From: Phycisphaeraceae bacterium
Lineage (GTDB): Bacteria > Planctomycetota > Phycisphaerae > Phycisphaerales > Zrk34
NCBI GenBank assembly: GCA_040905565.1
Contig: JBBDRF010000064.1
Span: 1-22,384 of the forward strand
Reading direction: 5' to 3'
Length of the DNA stretch: 22,384 nucleotides
The translations under genes were made by a program, and so were the position numbers. This document shows positions 6,935 to 15,357 of the stretch, in pieces. The notes under the pieces are model-generated. The model had not been told where the DNA came from. It ran no database searches and saw only the letters and a list, made by a program, of their open reading frames with translations. The number at the start of each line of letters is the position of its first letter. Position 1 is the stretch's first letter.

Positions 6935-8710
6935 ATGGCCGCCAAAAGCTGGCTGGACAATCCGGCTCGATACTTATTCTTCACCGGCAAGGGCGGCGTC
7001 GGCAAAACTTCGCTCGCCTGCGCCACGGCGGTGAAGCTGGCGGATGCGGGTTCTCGCGTGCTGCTGGTGAGTACGGACCCCGCGTCGAACCTGTCGCATG
7101 TGTTCGATACCGAAGTGGGCGAGAAGCCGCGTGCGATTGCCCAGGTGCCGAACCTCTGCGCGTTGAACATCGATCCCGAAGCCGCCGCAGCGAGCTACCG
7201 CGATCGTGTGGTGGGTCCGGTGCGCGAGAGTCTGCCCGAGCAGGTGGTGCGTGACATGGAGGAGCAACTCTCGGGCGCATGCACGACGGAGATCGCTGCG
7301 TTCGATGAGTTCACCGCGTTGCTGATCGATGGCGAAGCCACGCGCGGCTACGACCACATCATCTTCGACACCGCACCGACCGGCCACACGCTGCGTCTCA
7401 TGAAGCTTCCCAGCGCGTGGACTTCGTTTTTGGATAACAGTCAGAACGGTGCTTCCTGCCTCGGTCCGCTGGCGGGACTGGAGAAGCAGAAGCAGCAGTA
7501 TGCACAGGCGGTACGTGTGCTTGCCGACGGCGAGCGGACACGCATGGTGCTCGTGAGTCGGCCGGAGGTTTCGGCGCTCAAAGAGGCCGGCCGTACGTCC
7601 GCAGAACTCGCTGATCTCGGCGTGGGCAATCAGTGGTTGATCGTCAACGGCGTGATGCGCGAGCCTCAGAGCGATGACCCGCTCGCCCTTGCCATGGCGG
7701 CGCGAGGGGCCGAGGCGATGGCAGCGATGCCGGCGACACTGAAGGCTCTGCCGCTGGATGAAGTGCTGCTGCAGGCGCACAACCTGGTGGGCGTCGAAGC
7801 GCTGCGTCAGCTGCTTTCGGCTTCGCCGTCAGCCGAGCCGCCGCTCTCCGATCAGCCGACGGCGGAGATCGATGTGCCGTCGCTGCGCGATCTTGTCGAT
7901 CAGATCGCCGAGCCCGGGCATGGGTTGGTGATGGTCATGGGCAAAGGGGGCGTGGGCAAGACGACGGTGGCCGCCGCCGTGGCCGTGGAACTCGCGTCGC
8001 GTGGGCTGCCGGTGCACCTGACCACGACCGACCCAGCGGCCCATCTCACCGAAACGATCGAGGCGGAACTGGAGCATCTGCAGGTCGACCGGATCGATCC
8101 GCACGTTGAGACCGAGCGCTATCGTGAGCATGTCCTGGCGACCAAGGGGCGGGAACTCGACGAGCAAGGCCGCCTGCTTCTGGAGGAGGATCTGCGCTCG
8201 CCCTGCACGGAAGAGATCGCCGTTTTCCAGGCTTTTTCTCGGATCATCCGCGAAGCGAGCAAGAAGTTCGTCGTCGTGGATACCGCCCCGACGGGCCACA
8301 CGCTGATGCTGCTCGACGCCACGGGCTCGTACCACCGAGAGGTCCTGCGGCAGAGTTCCAACACGCTCAAGGTCACCACGCCGATGATGCGACTGCAGGA
8401 CCCGGAGCAGACGAAAATGCTTCTGGTCACGCTGCCGGAGACGACGCCCGTGCTGGAAGCGGCACAGTTGCAGGAGGACCTGCGTCGGGCCGACATCGAG
8501 CCTTGGGCATGGGTGATCAACGCCAGTCTTGCCGCCGCCGGGCCGACCGATCCGCTGCTACTGCAGCGTGCTCGCGCCGAAATCAAACAGATCGAAAAGG
8601 TGCAGCGGGAGCATGCCACCCGTACCGCGATCATTCCCTGGATGGCTGAGCAGCCCGTCGGGCCGCAACGACTGCATCAGCTCGCCAACAGCCACTCGCT
8701 TGAGCTTTAG
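6935..8710 (+). CDS. arsA: Arsenical pump-driving ATPase ArsA (A1-A2 duplicated)
   Basis: Two GKGGVGKT P-loops, two DTAPTGHT signatures, metalloid ligands LSGACT, GASCLGP and LRSPCT. SD AGAGG at 6923-6927. Confidence 0.97.
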   Translation: MAAKSWLDNPARYLFFTGKGGVGKTSLACATAVKLADAGSRVLLVSTDPASNLSHVFDTEVGEKPRAIAQVPNLCALNIDPEAAAASYRDRVVGPVRESLPEQVVRDMEEQLSGACTTEIAAFDEFTALLIDGEATRGYDHIIFDTAPTGHTLRLMKLPSAWTSFLDNSQNGASCLGPLAGLEKQKQQYAQAVRVLADGERTRMVLVSRPEVSALKEAGRTSAELADLGVGNQWLIVNGVMREPQSDDPLALAMAARGAEAMAAMPATLKALPLDEVLLQAHNLVGVEALRQLLSASPSAEPPLSDQPTAEIDVPSLRDLVDQIAEPGHGLVMVMGKGGVGKTTVAAAVAVELASRGLPVHLTTTDPAAHLTETIEAELEHLQVDRIDPHVETERYREHVLATKGRELDEQGRLLLEEDLRSPCTEEIAVFQAFSRIIREASKKFVVVDTAPTGHTLMLLDATGSYHREVLRQSSNTLKVTTPMMRLQDPEQTKMLLVTLPETTPVLEAAQLQEDLRRADIEPWAWVINASLAAAGPTDPLLLQRARAEIKQIEKVQREHATRTAIIPWMAEQPVGPQRLHQLANSHSLEL

Positions 8711-8721
8711 AGACACGAATC

Positions 8722-9846
8722 ATGACCACGCCATCGCAGCAATCCGCCCCACCCGATCCGCGTAAGGGGATGGGCCTTTTCGAACGGTTTCTTTCGGTCT
8801 GGGTCGCCCTGGCGATCCTCATCGGTATCGCGCTGGGCCAACTTGCGCCGGGCGTGCCTGAGGCACTGTCGCGGTTCGAATACGCCCAGGTTTCTATCCC
8901 CGTAGCCATCCTGATCTGGGCGATGATCTTCCCGATGATGGTGCAGATCGACTTCGCATCGATCATCGGCATCCGGCGCCAGCCCAAGGGCCTGTTGATC
9001 ACGACGACCGTGAACTGGCTGATCAAGCCGTTTACGATGTTCGGCATCGCTTGGCTGTTTCTGATGGTGATCTTCGCGCCGCTGATTCCCGCAGATCTTG
9101 CTCGCGAGTATCTCGCCGGGGCGATCCTTCTCGGTGCCGCGCCGTGCACGGCCATGGTGTTCGTCTGGAGCTACCTCACCCGAGGTGATGCGGCGTACAC
9201 GCTGGTTCAGGTTGCGGTGAATGACCTGATCATGCTAGTCGCGTTTGCGCCGATCGTGATCTTTTTGCTGGGTATTTCGGATATCGTCGTACCTTGGGAT
9301 ACGGTCGCGCTGTCGGTGTTTCTCTACATCGTGATCCCGCTCGGCGCGGGTTATCTGACGCGTGTGGTGCTGATTCGCCGGAAGGGCATCGACTGGTTCG
9401 ACAACGTATTCATGAAGCGAATTGGTCTGGTCACGCCGATCGGCCTCATCCTCACGCTTGTTCTGCTATTCGCCTTTCAGGGCGAGGTGATTATCGCCAA
9501 TCCGCTGCACATCGTGCTGATTGCGATCCCGCTGACCATCCAGACGTTTTTGATCTTCTTCATTGCCTACGGCTGGGCAAAACTTTGGCGCGTACCCCAC
9601 CGTGTGGCCGCCCCTGGCGCGATGATCGGCGCGAGTAACTTTTTCGAATTGGCCGTGGCCGCAGCGATCGCGATCTTCGGCCTGCAGTCCGGCGCGGCTC
9701 TTGCCACCGTCGTCGGCGTCCTCGTCGAAGTGCCGGTGATGCTCGCATTGGTGCGTATCGCCAACCGGACGCGGCATCACTTCCCCGAGAAGACGCCCAG
9801 CGACACGCCAGCCGCTGCCGCCACACCCTCCCGCGAAACGCCATGA
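8722..9846 (+). CDS. acr3: Acr3-family arsenite efflux transporter
   Basis: Polytopic membrane protein with FERFLSVWV, LLGAAPCTAMVFVWS, GASNFFELAVA and GVLVEVPVML, which are Acr3 rather than ArsB signatures. Confidence 0.96.
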   Translation: MTTPSQQSAPPDPRKGMGLFERFLSVWVALAILIGIALGQLAPGVPEALSRFEYAQVSIPVAILIWAMIFPMMVQIDFASIIGIRRQPKGLLITTTVNWLIKPFTMFGIAWLFLMVIFAPLIPADLAREYLAGAILLGAAPCTAMVFVWSYLTRGDAAYTLVQVAVNDLIMLVAFAPIVIFLLGISDIVVPWDTVALSVFLYIVIPLGAGYLTRVVLIRRKGIDWFDNVFMKRIGLVTPIGLILTLVLLFAFQGEVIIANPLHIVLIAIPLTIQTFLIFFIAYGWAKLWRVPHRVAAPGAMIGASNFFELAVAAAIAIFGLQSGAALATVVGVLVEVPVMLALVRIANRTRHHFPEKTPSDTPAAAATPSRETP

Positions 9847-10163
9847 CATCTTCGTTGAACATCCAGATCACCCACGCAGCTAGCCGCTGGATCGCAGAGC
9901 ACGGCGGCACGCTGACACTGCGAACGTCGCCCCGCCATGGCTGCTGCGGGGGGACTGCCGCGGTTCCCGTCGCGGAAGCAAAAATCCCGCCGAACCCGGA
10001 TGCGTACACGCGCATCGAAATCGACGGCGTACAGGTGTATGCCGACCCGGTGCTCACGGGCACGCAGAAACCGATGACCATCGATCTCACGGGCTTCTGG
10101 CGATGGCATCGGCTCACGATCGAAGACGCTGAGATACGCGGTAATCCCACAAGGAACGGATAA
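9843..10163 (+). CDS. Small GCCGG-motif protein (HesB-like pattern; resembles the CC/Se motif family)
   Basis: ATGA overlap with acr3. Sequence IQITHAASRWIAEHGGTLTL...HGCCGG...IEIDGVQVYADPVL. Family recognised from memory, not by search. Confidence 0.75.
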   Translation: MTSSLNIQITHAASRWIAEHGGTLTLRTSPRHGCCGGTAAVPVAEAKIPPNPDAYTRIEIDGVQVYADPVLTGTQKPMTIDLTGFWRWHRLTIEDAEIRGNPTRNG

Positions 10164-10975
10164 TGTTTAAGCACGTACTCGCCGCGGTGGACTTCTCCTC
10201 CGCTTGGCCGAACTTGAAGGCCCGACTTGAAATGCTCCATCAGCTGGGTACCCAGCGCGTGACACTGGTGCACGTGCTTGCGATGGGCTACCCCATCGCG
10301 CCTGCAGAAACGCATCGTGAGCATTACGAGGCAAAACTTGGGCAGCTCGCCAGCGAATTTACCGCGGCTGGTATGAAAGTCGATTCGAGGGTTCTTACCG
10401 GCGAGCCCGGCTACGAGCTGACGCAAGCCGCCATCGAGTTACGAGCCGGCCTGATCCTCGCTGGGATGCGCGGCTACAGCGTCGTCCACGACTTTTTTCT
10501 CGGCAGCACAGCCCTCAACATCGCCCGATTGACCGAAATTCCGCTCTGGCTGGAGCCGGTCAACAAAGCGCCTGAAACGCGGCAGTTGGAGACCATTCTT
10601 CTCGCCACCGACGCCTCCGCGGCTGCGGCACACGCGGAGGACCTGTTCATCGCATTCGCCAAGAAAGCAACCTCCGCGATCGCTCTTCAAGTCATTTCAG
10701 AGCGCGAGCAGGAGGCTCAGGCACGTGACGCACAACAGCATCTGGAAACGTTAACGCATCGCGCCGCAAACATCGACGTCCGCATGCAGGCGGGCGATCC
10801 CGCAACGCTGATCACTGAGACGGCCGACAACGCGAATGCCGACGTCATCGTGGTTGGCAAGCGCGGACAATCCGCCCTGCGCGGCCTGCTGCTCGGCAGC
10901 ACGGCCGAAACAGTGGCCCGCCGTAGTGATCGGCCCGTGCTCATCGTTCCCGCCGCCGAACAGGTTGCCACATAG
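10163..10975 (+). CDS. Tandem-domain universal stress protein
   Basis: MFKHVLAAVDFS and ILLATDAS domain starts. Two G-x2-G-x9-GS motifs (GMRGYSVVHDFFLGST, GKRGQSALRGLLLGST). TAATG overlap with the upstream gene. Confidence 0.93.
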   Translation: MFKHVLAAVDFSSAWPNLKARLEMLHQLGTQRVTLVHVLAMGYPIAPAETHREHYEAKLGQLASEFTAAGMKVDSRVLTGEPGYELTQAAIELRAGLILAGMRGYSVVHDFFLGSTALNIARLTEIPLWLEPVNKAPETRQLETILLATDASAAAAHAEDLFIAFAKKATSAIALQVISEREQEAQARDAQQHLETLTHRAANIDVRMQAGDPATLITETADNANADVIVVGKRGQSALRGLLLGSTAETVARRSDRPVLIVPAAEQVAT

Positions 10976-10976
10976 C

Positions 10977-12464
10977 TCAACGCTCGGCCTCATCGCGAAT
11001 CCCCTTGAGCATGCCCGCAAACACGACGCCATGCAGCGGGACTACGGCGTACCAGTACGCCAGCCCCGTCAGGCCGCGTGGCCGAAACCGCGCCGTCTGC
11101 GTCAGCGTGCTGCCCGCTTCGCCCAGCGGCTGCACATCGAAGGCAAGGGTCGCTTCGCCGGGCAGCTTCATCTCCGCGTGCAGCAGCAGTCGCCGAGGCC
11201 GATCCATCTCCGTCACGCGCCAGAAGTCCAGCGCATCGCCCACACCGATGTCTTGCGGATGCCGCCTCCCACGCCGAAGGCCCGGCCCCCCGAACACCCG
11301 ATCAATCGCCCCCCGGTAGCGCCAAAGCCAGTCCGCTGCGTACCACCCGTGGCTGCCGCCGAGCCGACACACCGCCTGAAACACCACGTCCGGCGGCGCA
11401 TTGATCTCACAGCTACGCTCATCGACAAACTCCGTCCCGCCCGCCCACGGTGCATCGCCCGGCAGCGCCCCGGCATCGCTCCATGCCGTTTCAATCCTGC
11501 TGTTCTTGAGCTTGCCCAGTGCCGCGTCAATCGCCTCACGCACACCCAATAAATGCTGAGGCATCAACTGCTGCGCCCGATCATCCCGACAAACCACCCG
11601 GTTCCGCAGCCCCTCACCCAGCGGTCCCGCCAGGCGATACGGCAACGGCGTCACCAGATGAATCCACAACGCACTCAGCCGAGGCGTCAGCACCGGGACG
11701 GGAATCACGAGTCGTCGGCGCAGCCCCATCGCCTCTGCCGCAATCTGCATCAAATCGCGATATGTCAGCGTCTCCGGCCCGCCGACATCGAGCGTTTGCC
11801 CCTCCGTCTCCGGCACCTCCAGGCAGGCGACCAGATCGTGAATCACGTTCCGCACCGCGATCGGTTGAACCTCGGTATGCACCCAACGGGGCGTGATCAT
11901 GATCGGCAATCGCTCTACCAGGTACCGCAGAATCTCGAACGATGCCGACCCCGAACCGATGATCATCGCCGCCCGTAGCACCGTCACCGGCACCTTTCCG
12001 CTCGCCAGCGCCTGCTCCACCTGCCGACGCGAACTGAGGTGTTCACTGAGTTGATCGCCGATCTCACCAAGCCCGCCGAGGTAGATGATGCGCGTTACCC
12101 CCGCACGCTCAGCCGCCGTCGCAAAGGCCTCAGCCAGCCGCCGATCCTCCTCCGCGTAGGCAGCACCGACGGCCTGCATCGAATGCACGAGGTAGTAAGC
12201 AGCGATGCACCCCCGCATCGTCTCGGTGAGTGTTTCGACGTCGCCGAGATCCCCTTCGATCACCGCCACGCGCGGATCATTCGCCCAGAGCCGAGCCGCC
12301 AGCTTCCGCGCCGAGCGCACCACGCATCGCAGGTCGTACCCCGCCTCGAGAAGTCGCTTCGCGAGCCGTCCCCCGATGTATCCGGTCGCGCCGGTAAGCA
12401 GCAGCGTTTGGCGCTTACCGTCCGCGACGGCAGAGCGATCTTTTCCCGACGAGACAGCATTCAT
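10977..12464 (-). CDS. YbjT-like atypical SDR/NAD(P)-binding protein with C-terminal DUF2867 (SRPBCC-like) domain
   Basis: LLTGATGYIGGRL Rossmann motif, AYYLVHSM, IIGSGSASFEILRYL, GDALDFWRV, AEMKLPGEA, YWYAVVPLHGVVF. SD AGGAG before ATG 12464, and a TAGAAT -10 at 12514-12509. Confidence 0.92.
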   Translation of the reverse strand: MNAVSSGKDRSAVADGKRQTLLLTGATGYIGGRLAKRLLEAGYDLRCVVRSARKLAARLWANDPRVAVIEGDLGDVETLTETMRGCIAAYYLVHSMQAVGAAYAEEDRRLAEAFATAAERAGVTRIIYLGGLGEIGDQLSEHLSSRRQVEQALASGKVPVTVLRAAMIIGSGSASFEILRYLVERLPIMITPRWVHTEVQPIAVRNVIHDLVACLEVPETEGQTLDVGGPETLTYRDLMQIAAEAMGLRRRLVIPVPVLTPRLSALWIHLVTPLPYRLAGPLGEGLRNRVVCRDDRAQQLMPQHLLGVREAIDAALGKLKNSRIETAWSDAGALPGDAPWAGGTEFVDERSCEINAPPDVVFQAVCRLGGSHGWYAADWLWRYRGAIDRVFGGPGLRRGRRHPQDIGVGDALDFWRVTEMDRPRRLLLHAEMKLPGEATLAFDVQPLGEAGSTLTQTARFRPRGLTGLAYWYAVVPLHGVVFAGMLKGIRDEAER

Positions 12465-12622
12465 CCAGCCGCTCCTGATTGCGTGATGAGGGGGAAGAGG
12501 GCGGCTGTATTCTACGCGGGTTGGGCGATCGCCGGGCGGGTGACCAGCCGCTGAACAAAACAGCCGGCGAACGTTTTTCAACACTCGCCGGCTGCGTCTG
12601 AACTTGGGTGCAGGTCGATCTT

Positions 12623-13165
12623 TTACTGCGGCTGCACAGGCCGACGTTGCTGCATGATCGTTTGCTCATGCTCCCTCAGAGTCGGCAGCGTCTGCTCGGC
12701 GAACTGCCGAAACTCAGGATTTTCAAGCTCAACCGCGGCCTGCTCGAACAGTGCGATCGCCTCGGCGTGGGTCATCCGCTGCGCTTCGAGGTACTGATCT
12801 TCGAACCGCTGGCCGTCCAGCCGCGCGAGTTCGTCGTACATCTGCTGATGGTGCGGAAGCATCTGCTGCGGCATAGAGATGCCTTCCTCCTCCGCCAACA
12901 TCATCAGCTCGCGGGCCGATGCGGTGTGCTCCTCCATGAGCTGCTCGGCCAGTTCCTGCGTCTGCGGCCCCACATCTTTGGCCATCACGAGTTCCGCCGT
13001 GCGGATCTCGAAGAGGTCCGTGCTGGCGGCGACGTTCACGAACTCTTCCGCCGTGATGCGTTGAGTTTCCGCACGCGGCACGCCCAGCGGTTCGGTCGTT
13101 TGCATTTCCTCTCCGCAGCCCCACAACAGCGCAGCTGCCAACGTTGCCATCATCAAATGTCGCAC
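12623..13165 (-). CDS. DUF4142 (ferritin-like) lipoprotein
   Basis: GTG start with SD AAAGGA, lipoprotein signal MRHLMMATLAAALLWG-C, DUF4142 pattern EFVNVAASTDLFEI...FEDQYLEAQRMTHAEAIALF...FAEQTLPTLREH. Confidence 0.85.
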   Translation of the reverse strand: MRHLMMATLAAALLWGCGEEMQTTEPLGVPRAETQRITAEEFVNVAASTDLFEIRTAELVMAKDVGPQTQELAEQLMEEHTASARELMMLAEEEGISMPQQMLPHHQQMYDELARLDGQRFEDQYLEAQRMTHAEAIALFEQAAVELENPEFRQFAEQTLPTLREHEQTIMQQRRPVQPQ

Positions 13166-13302
13166 AGATCGTTCCTTTCTCAGGTGTTCAGCGGCTTGGC
13201 TCCCGGCTGACGAACCCTAGAAAGGAAACCCAACCCCTGGCGGTAGTCGTACGCCCCTCCTTCGCACGGGACACTTTCCCCGCCACGGCACCGGTAGCTG
13301 GC

Positions 13303-15357
13303 TCAAAGCTCTCGCCCCGCGAATGCGAGGTTCGTATCCAGCCAGTCATCCGACCGGACCACACTGCGTCGCTGACGCCGACCGCCCCGCTCAGCCCGCT
13401 GCTGGACGAGGCGCAGCATAAGCCGATGCATCGGCCGCGCCATGCCGCCGCGCCGCGTCGCCAGCAGCCGGAGCACCAGGCCGTAGCCTCGGCCGGCGTA
13501 ACGCCTGAGCAGTTCATCGTCGACGGTGAGCATGGCCGCCGCGCTGCCGGGATCGCCCTGCCTTGCCGCACGTCCGAACAGCTGCCGATCGACCCGTCCG
13601 GATTCATGACACTCGGTCATGATCACATGCAGCCCGCCGGCTTCCGCCACGCCTTCGCCGAGCTTGATATCGGTGCCGCGGCCGGCCATGTTCGTGGCCA
13701 CGGTGATGCGCCCCGGCTGCCCCGCCTCGCCGACGATCGTCGCCTCCTCTTCATGCCGCCTTGCGTTGAGCACCTGGTGCGACAGGCCGCGTGATTCGAG
13801 CTCGACGCTGATCCGCTCACTCGCCTGCACGCTGCGTGTTCCGACCAGCACAGGCCGGCCCGCATCGTGCAGCTGCTGAACCTGCTGGACCACGGCCTGC
13901 CATCGATCCTCCGCACGCGTAAACAGCTGATCGGGCAGCCGTCGCCGCTGCGAAGGCCGATGCGTTGGCAGCCGGACAACGGGCAGCTGGTAGGTTTGCC
14001 ACAGTTCGTGCCGTGACTCCCAGCCCGTCCCCGTCATCCCCGAGAGCCGACGATAAAGCCTGAAAAACCGCTGAAAGCTGATGCGTGCCAACGTCTGCTT
14101 CGGCGGCTGAACCTCCAGCCCCTCCTTCGCTTCAACCGCTTGATGCAGCCCGGCCCGCCACGTGCGATCGGGCATCAGCCGGCCGGTGAAGCCGTCGACA
14201 ATCACGATCTTCCCCTCCTGGATCACGTACTGCTTGTCACGCAGAAACAGCTCACGCGCAACCAGCGCCTGGTTCGCCAGCTCTTCGCGCCGTCGTTTGC
14301 CCGCCCAGATGCCGCCCAGCCCCTCGGCCAGTTTCTCAAGCAGCGCTTCGCCGCGCGGCGTCAGGTTCACCTCCCGCCAGCGGTGATCGAGCTTGTAATG
14401 CACGCCCTCGTGCAGTTGCCGCGCCATCTCCGCCGCCTGCTGATAGGCCTCGGTCTGCTCGGCGTTCGGCGAATTACCGGAGATGATCAAAGGCGTCACC
14501 GCTTCGTCGATCAGCACCGAATCCGCCTCATCGATGATCGCCCACGCCAGCCCCCGCATCGTCAGCTTCTCCCCCGCACCCGCTGCTTCGGTGCCGTACC
14601 CTTTGAGCAATGCAGAGCTCAGCGAACGATGCGTGCCGAGCGCGAGACGGTCACGGAGAAAGTCCGCTGCCATCTCCTTGTTCGTGCCGTAGGTGATGTC
14701 GGCGGCATAGGCCTCGCGGCGCTGAGGCGGTGGCGTGTCGCCCTGCACGCAGCCGACGCTTAGGCCGCACATGCGATACGTCGGGCCCATCCACTGGGCA
14801 TCACGCCCGGCAAGATAATCGTTCACCGTGATCACATGACAGCCCCGACCGTGCCACCCGGCAATCACCGCCGCCAGTGTCGCGACCAGCGTTTTGCCTT
14901 CGCCCGTCGCCAGTTCACCGACGCAGCCGTCGAGCAGCACGAGCGCCGCCGCCACCTGCTCACGACGAGGCGTCATGCCCAGCGTCAGCCGAGCGGCATG
15001 ACTCACCAGCGCCAGCCCGAGATCCAGTTCGTCGGCCCCAGCCCGGTTCAACTTGAACGCCTGATGCAACGGTCCCGCCGCTTCACGAATCGCCGCTTCG
15101 TCGGCGTGTCCGAACTGTGCTTCGCCGAGTTTCACGATGCGCTCGCCGCGTTTCAGATAACCGCGCGTCCGAGGCCGAAGCCCGCGCAGCCGCCCCGTCG
15201 CCGCCTGCCACAGAGCATCGAGCCCCTGCGGCAACGGCTCCGGCTGAACCGGCTGACCCAACATCCGCCAACGTTGCCCGTGATCAGGCGACACGCGAGG
15301 CGACTCCTGCGGCAACGCAGCCAAACCTTCAGGCATGGTCGTGGTCGGCTCTCTCAT
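13303..15357 (-). CDS. Secondary SecA-like ATPase (NBD1-PPXD-NBD2), lacking the canonical C-terminal scaffold, wing and two-helix-finger regions
   Basis: Walker A ELATGEGKT, HVITVNDYLAGRD, IIDEADSVLIDEAVTPLIIS, GLHQAVEAKE, LSGMTGT, GRPVLVGT, TNMAGRGTDI, HESGRVDRQLFGRAARQGDPGS. The protein ends about 80 aa later, at 684 aa. Confidence 0.92.
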   Translation of the reverse strand: MREPTTTMPEGLAALPQESPRVSPDHGQRWRMLGQPVQPEPLPQGLDALWQAATGRLRGLRPRTRGYLKRGERIVKLGEAQFGHADEAAIREAAGPLHQAFKLNRAGADELDLGLALVSHAARLTLGMTPRREQVAAALVLLDGCVGELATGEGKTLVATLAAVIAGWHGRGCHVITVNDYLAGRDAQWMGPTYRMCGLSVGCVQGDTPPPQRREAYAADITYGTNKEMAADFLRDRLALGTHRSLSSALLKGYGTEAAGAGEKLTMRGLAWAIIDEADSVLIDEAVTPLIISGNSPNAEQTEAYQQAAEMARQLHEGVHYKLDHRWREVNLTPRGEALLEKLAEGLGGIWAGKRRREELANQALVARELFLRDKQYVIQEGKIVIVDGFTGRLMPDRTWRAGLHQAVEAKEGLEVQPPKQTLARISFQRFFRLYRRLSGMTGTGWESRHELWQTYQLPVVRLPTHRPSQRRRLPDQLFTRAEDRWQAVVQQVQQLHDAGRPVLVGTRSVQASERISVELESRGLSHQVLNARRHEEEATIVGEAGQPGRITVATNMAGRGTDIKLGEGVAEAGGLHVIMTECHESGRVDRQLFGRAARQGDPGSAAAMLTVDDELLRRYAGRGYGLVLRLLATRRGGMARPMHRLMLRLVQQRAERGGRRQRRSVVRSDDWLDTNLAFAGREL

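Noticed and set aside
8722..9846. Calling the pump ArsB
   Set aside because: Its length and motifs (APCTAMV, SNFFELAVA) are those of Acr3.
9843..10163. Selenoprotein
   Set aside because: Both motif codons are TGC and there is no in-frame TGA.
13303..15357. Calling this gene housekeeping secA or a pseudogene
   Set aside because: It is too short for housekeeping SecA, yet the motifs are intact, it is translationally coupled to the upstream gene, and I see no SecA remnant after the stop.
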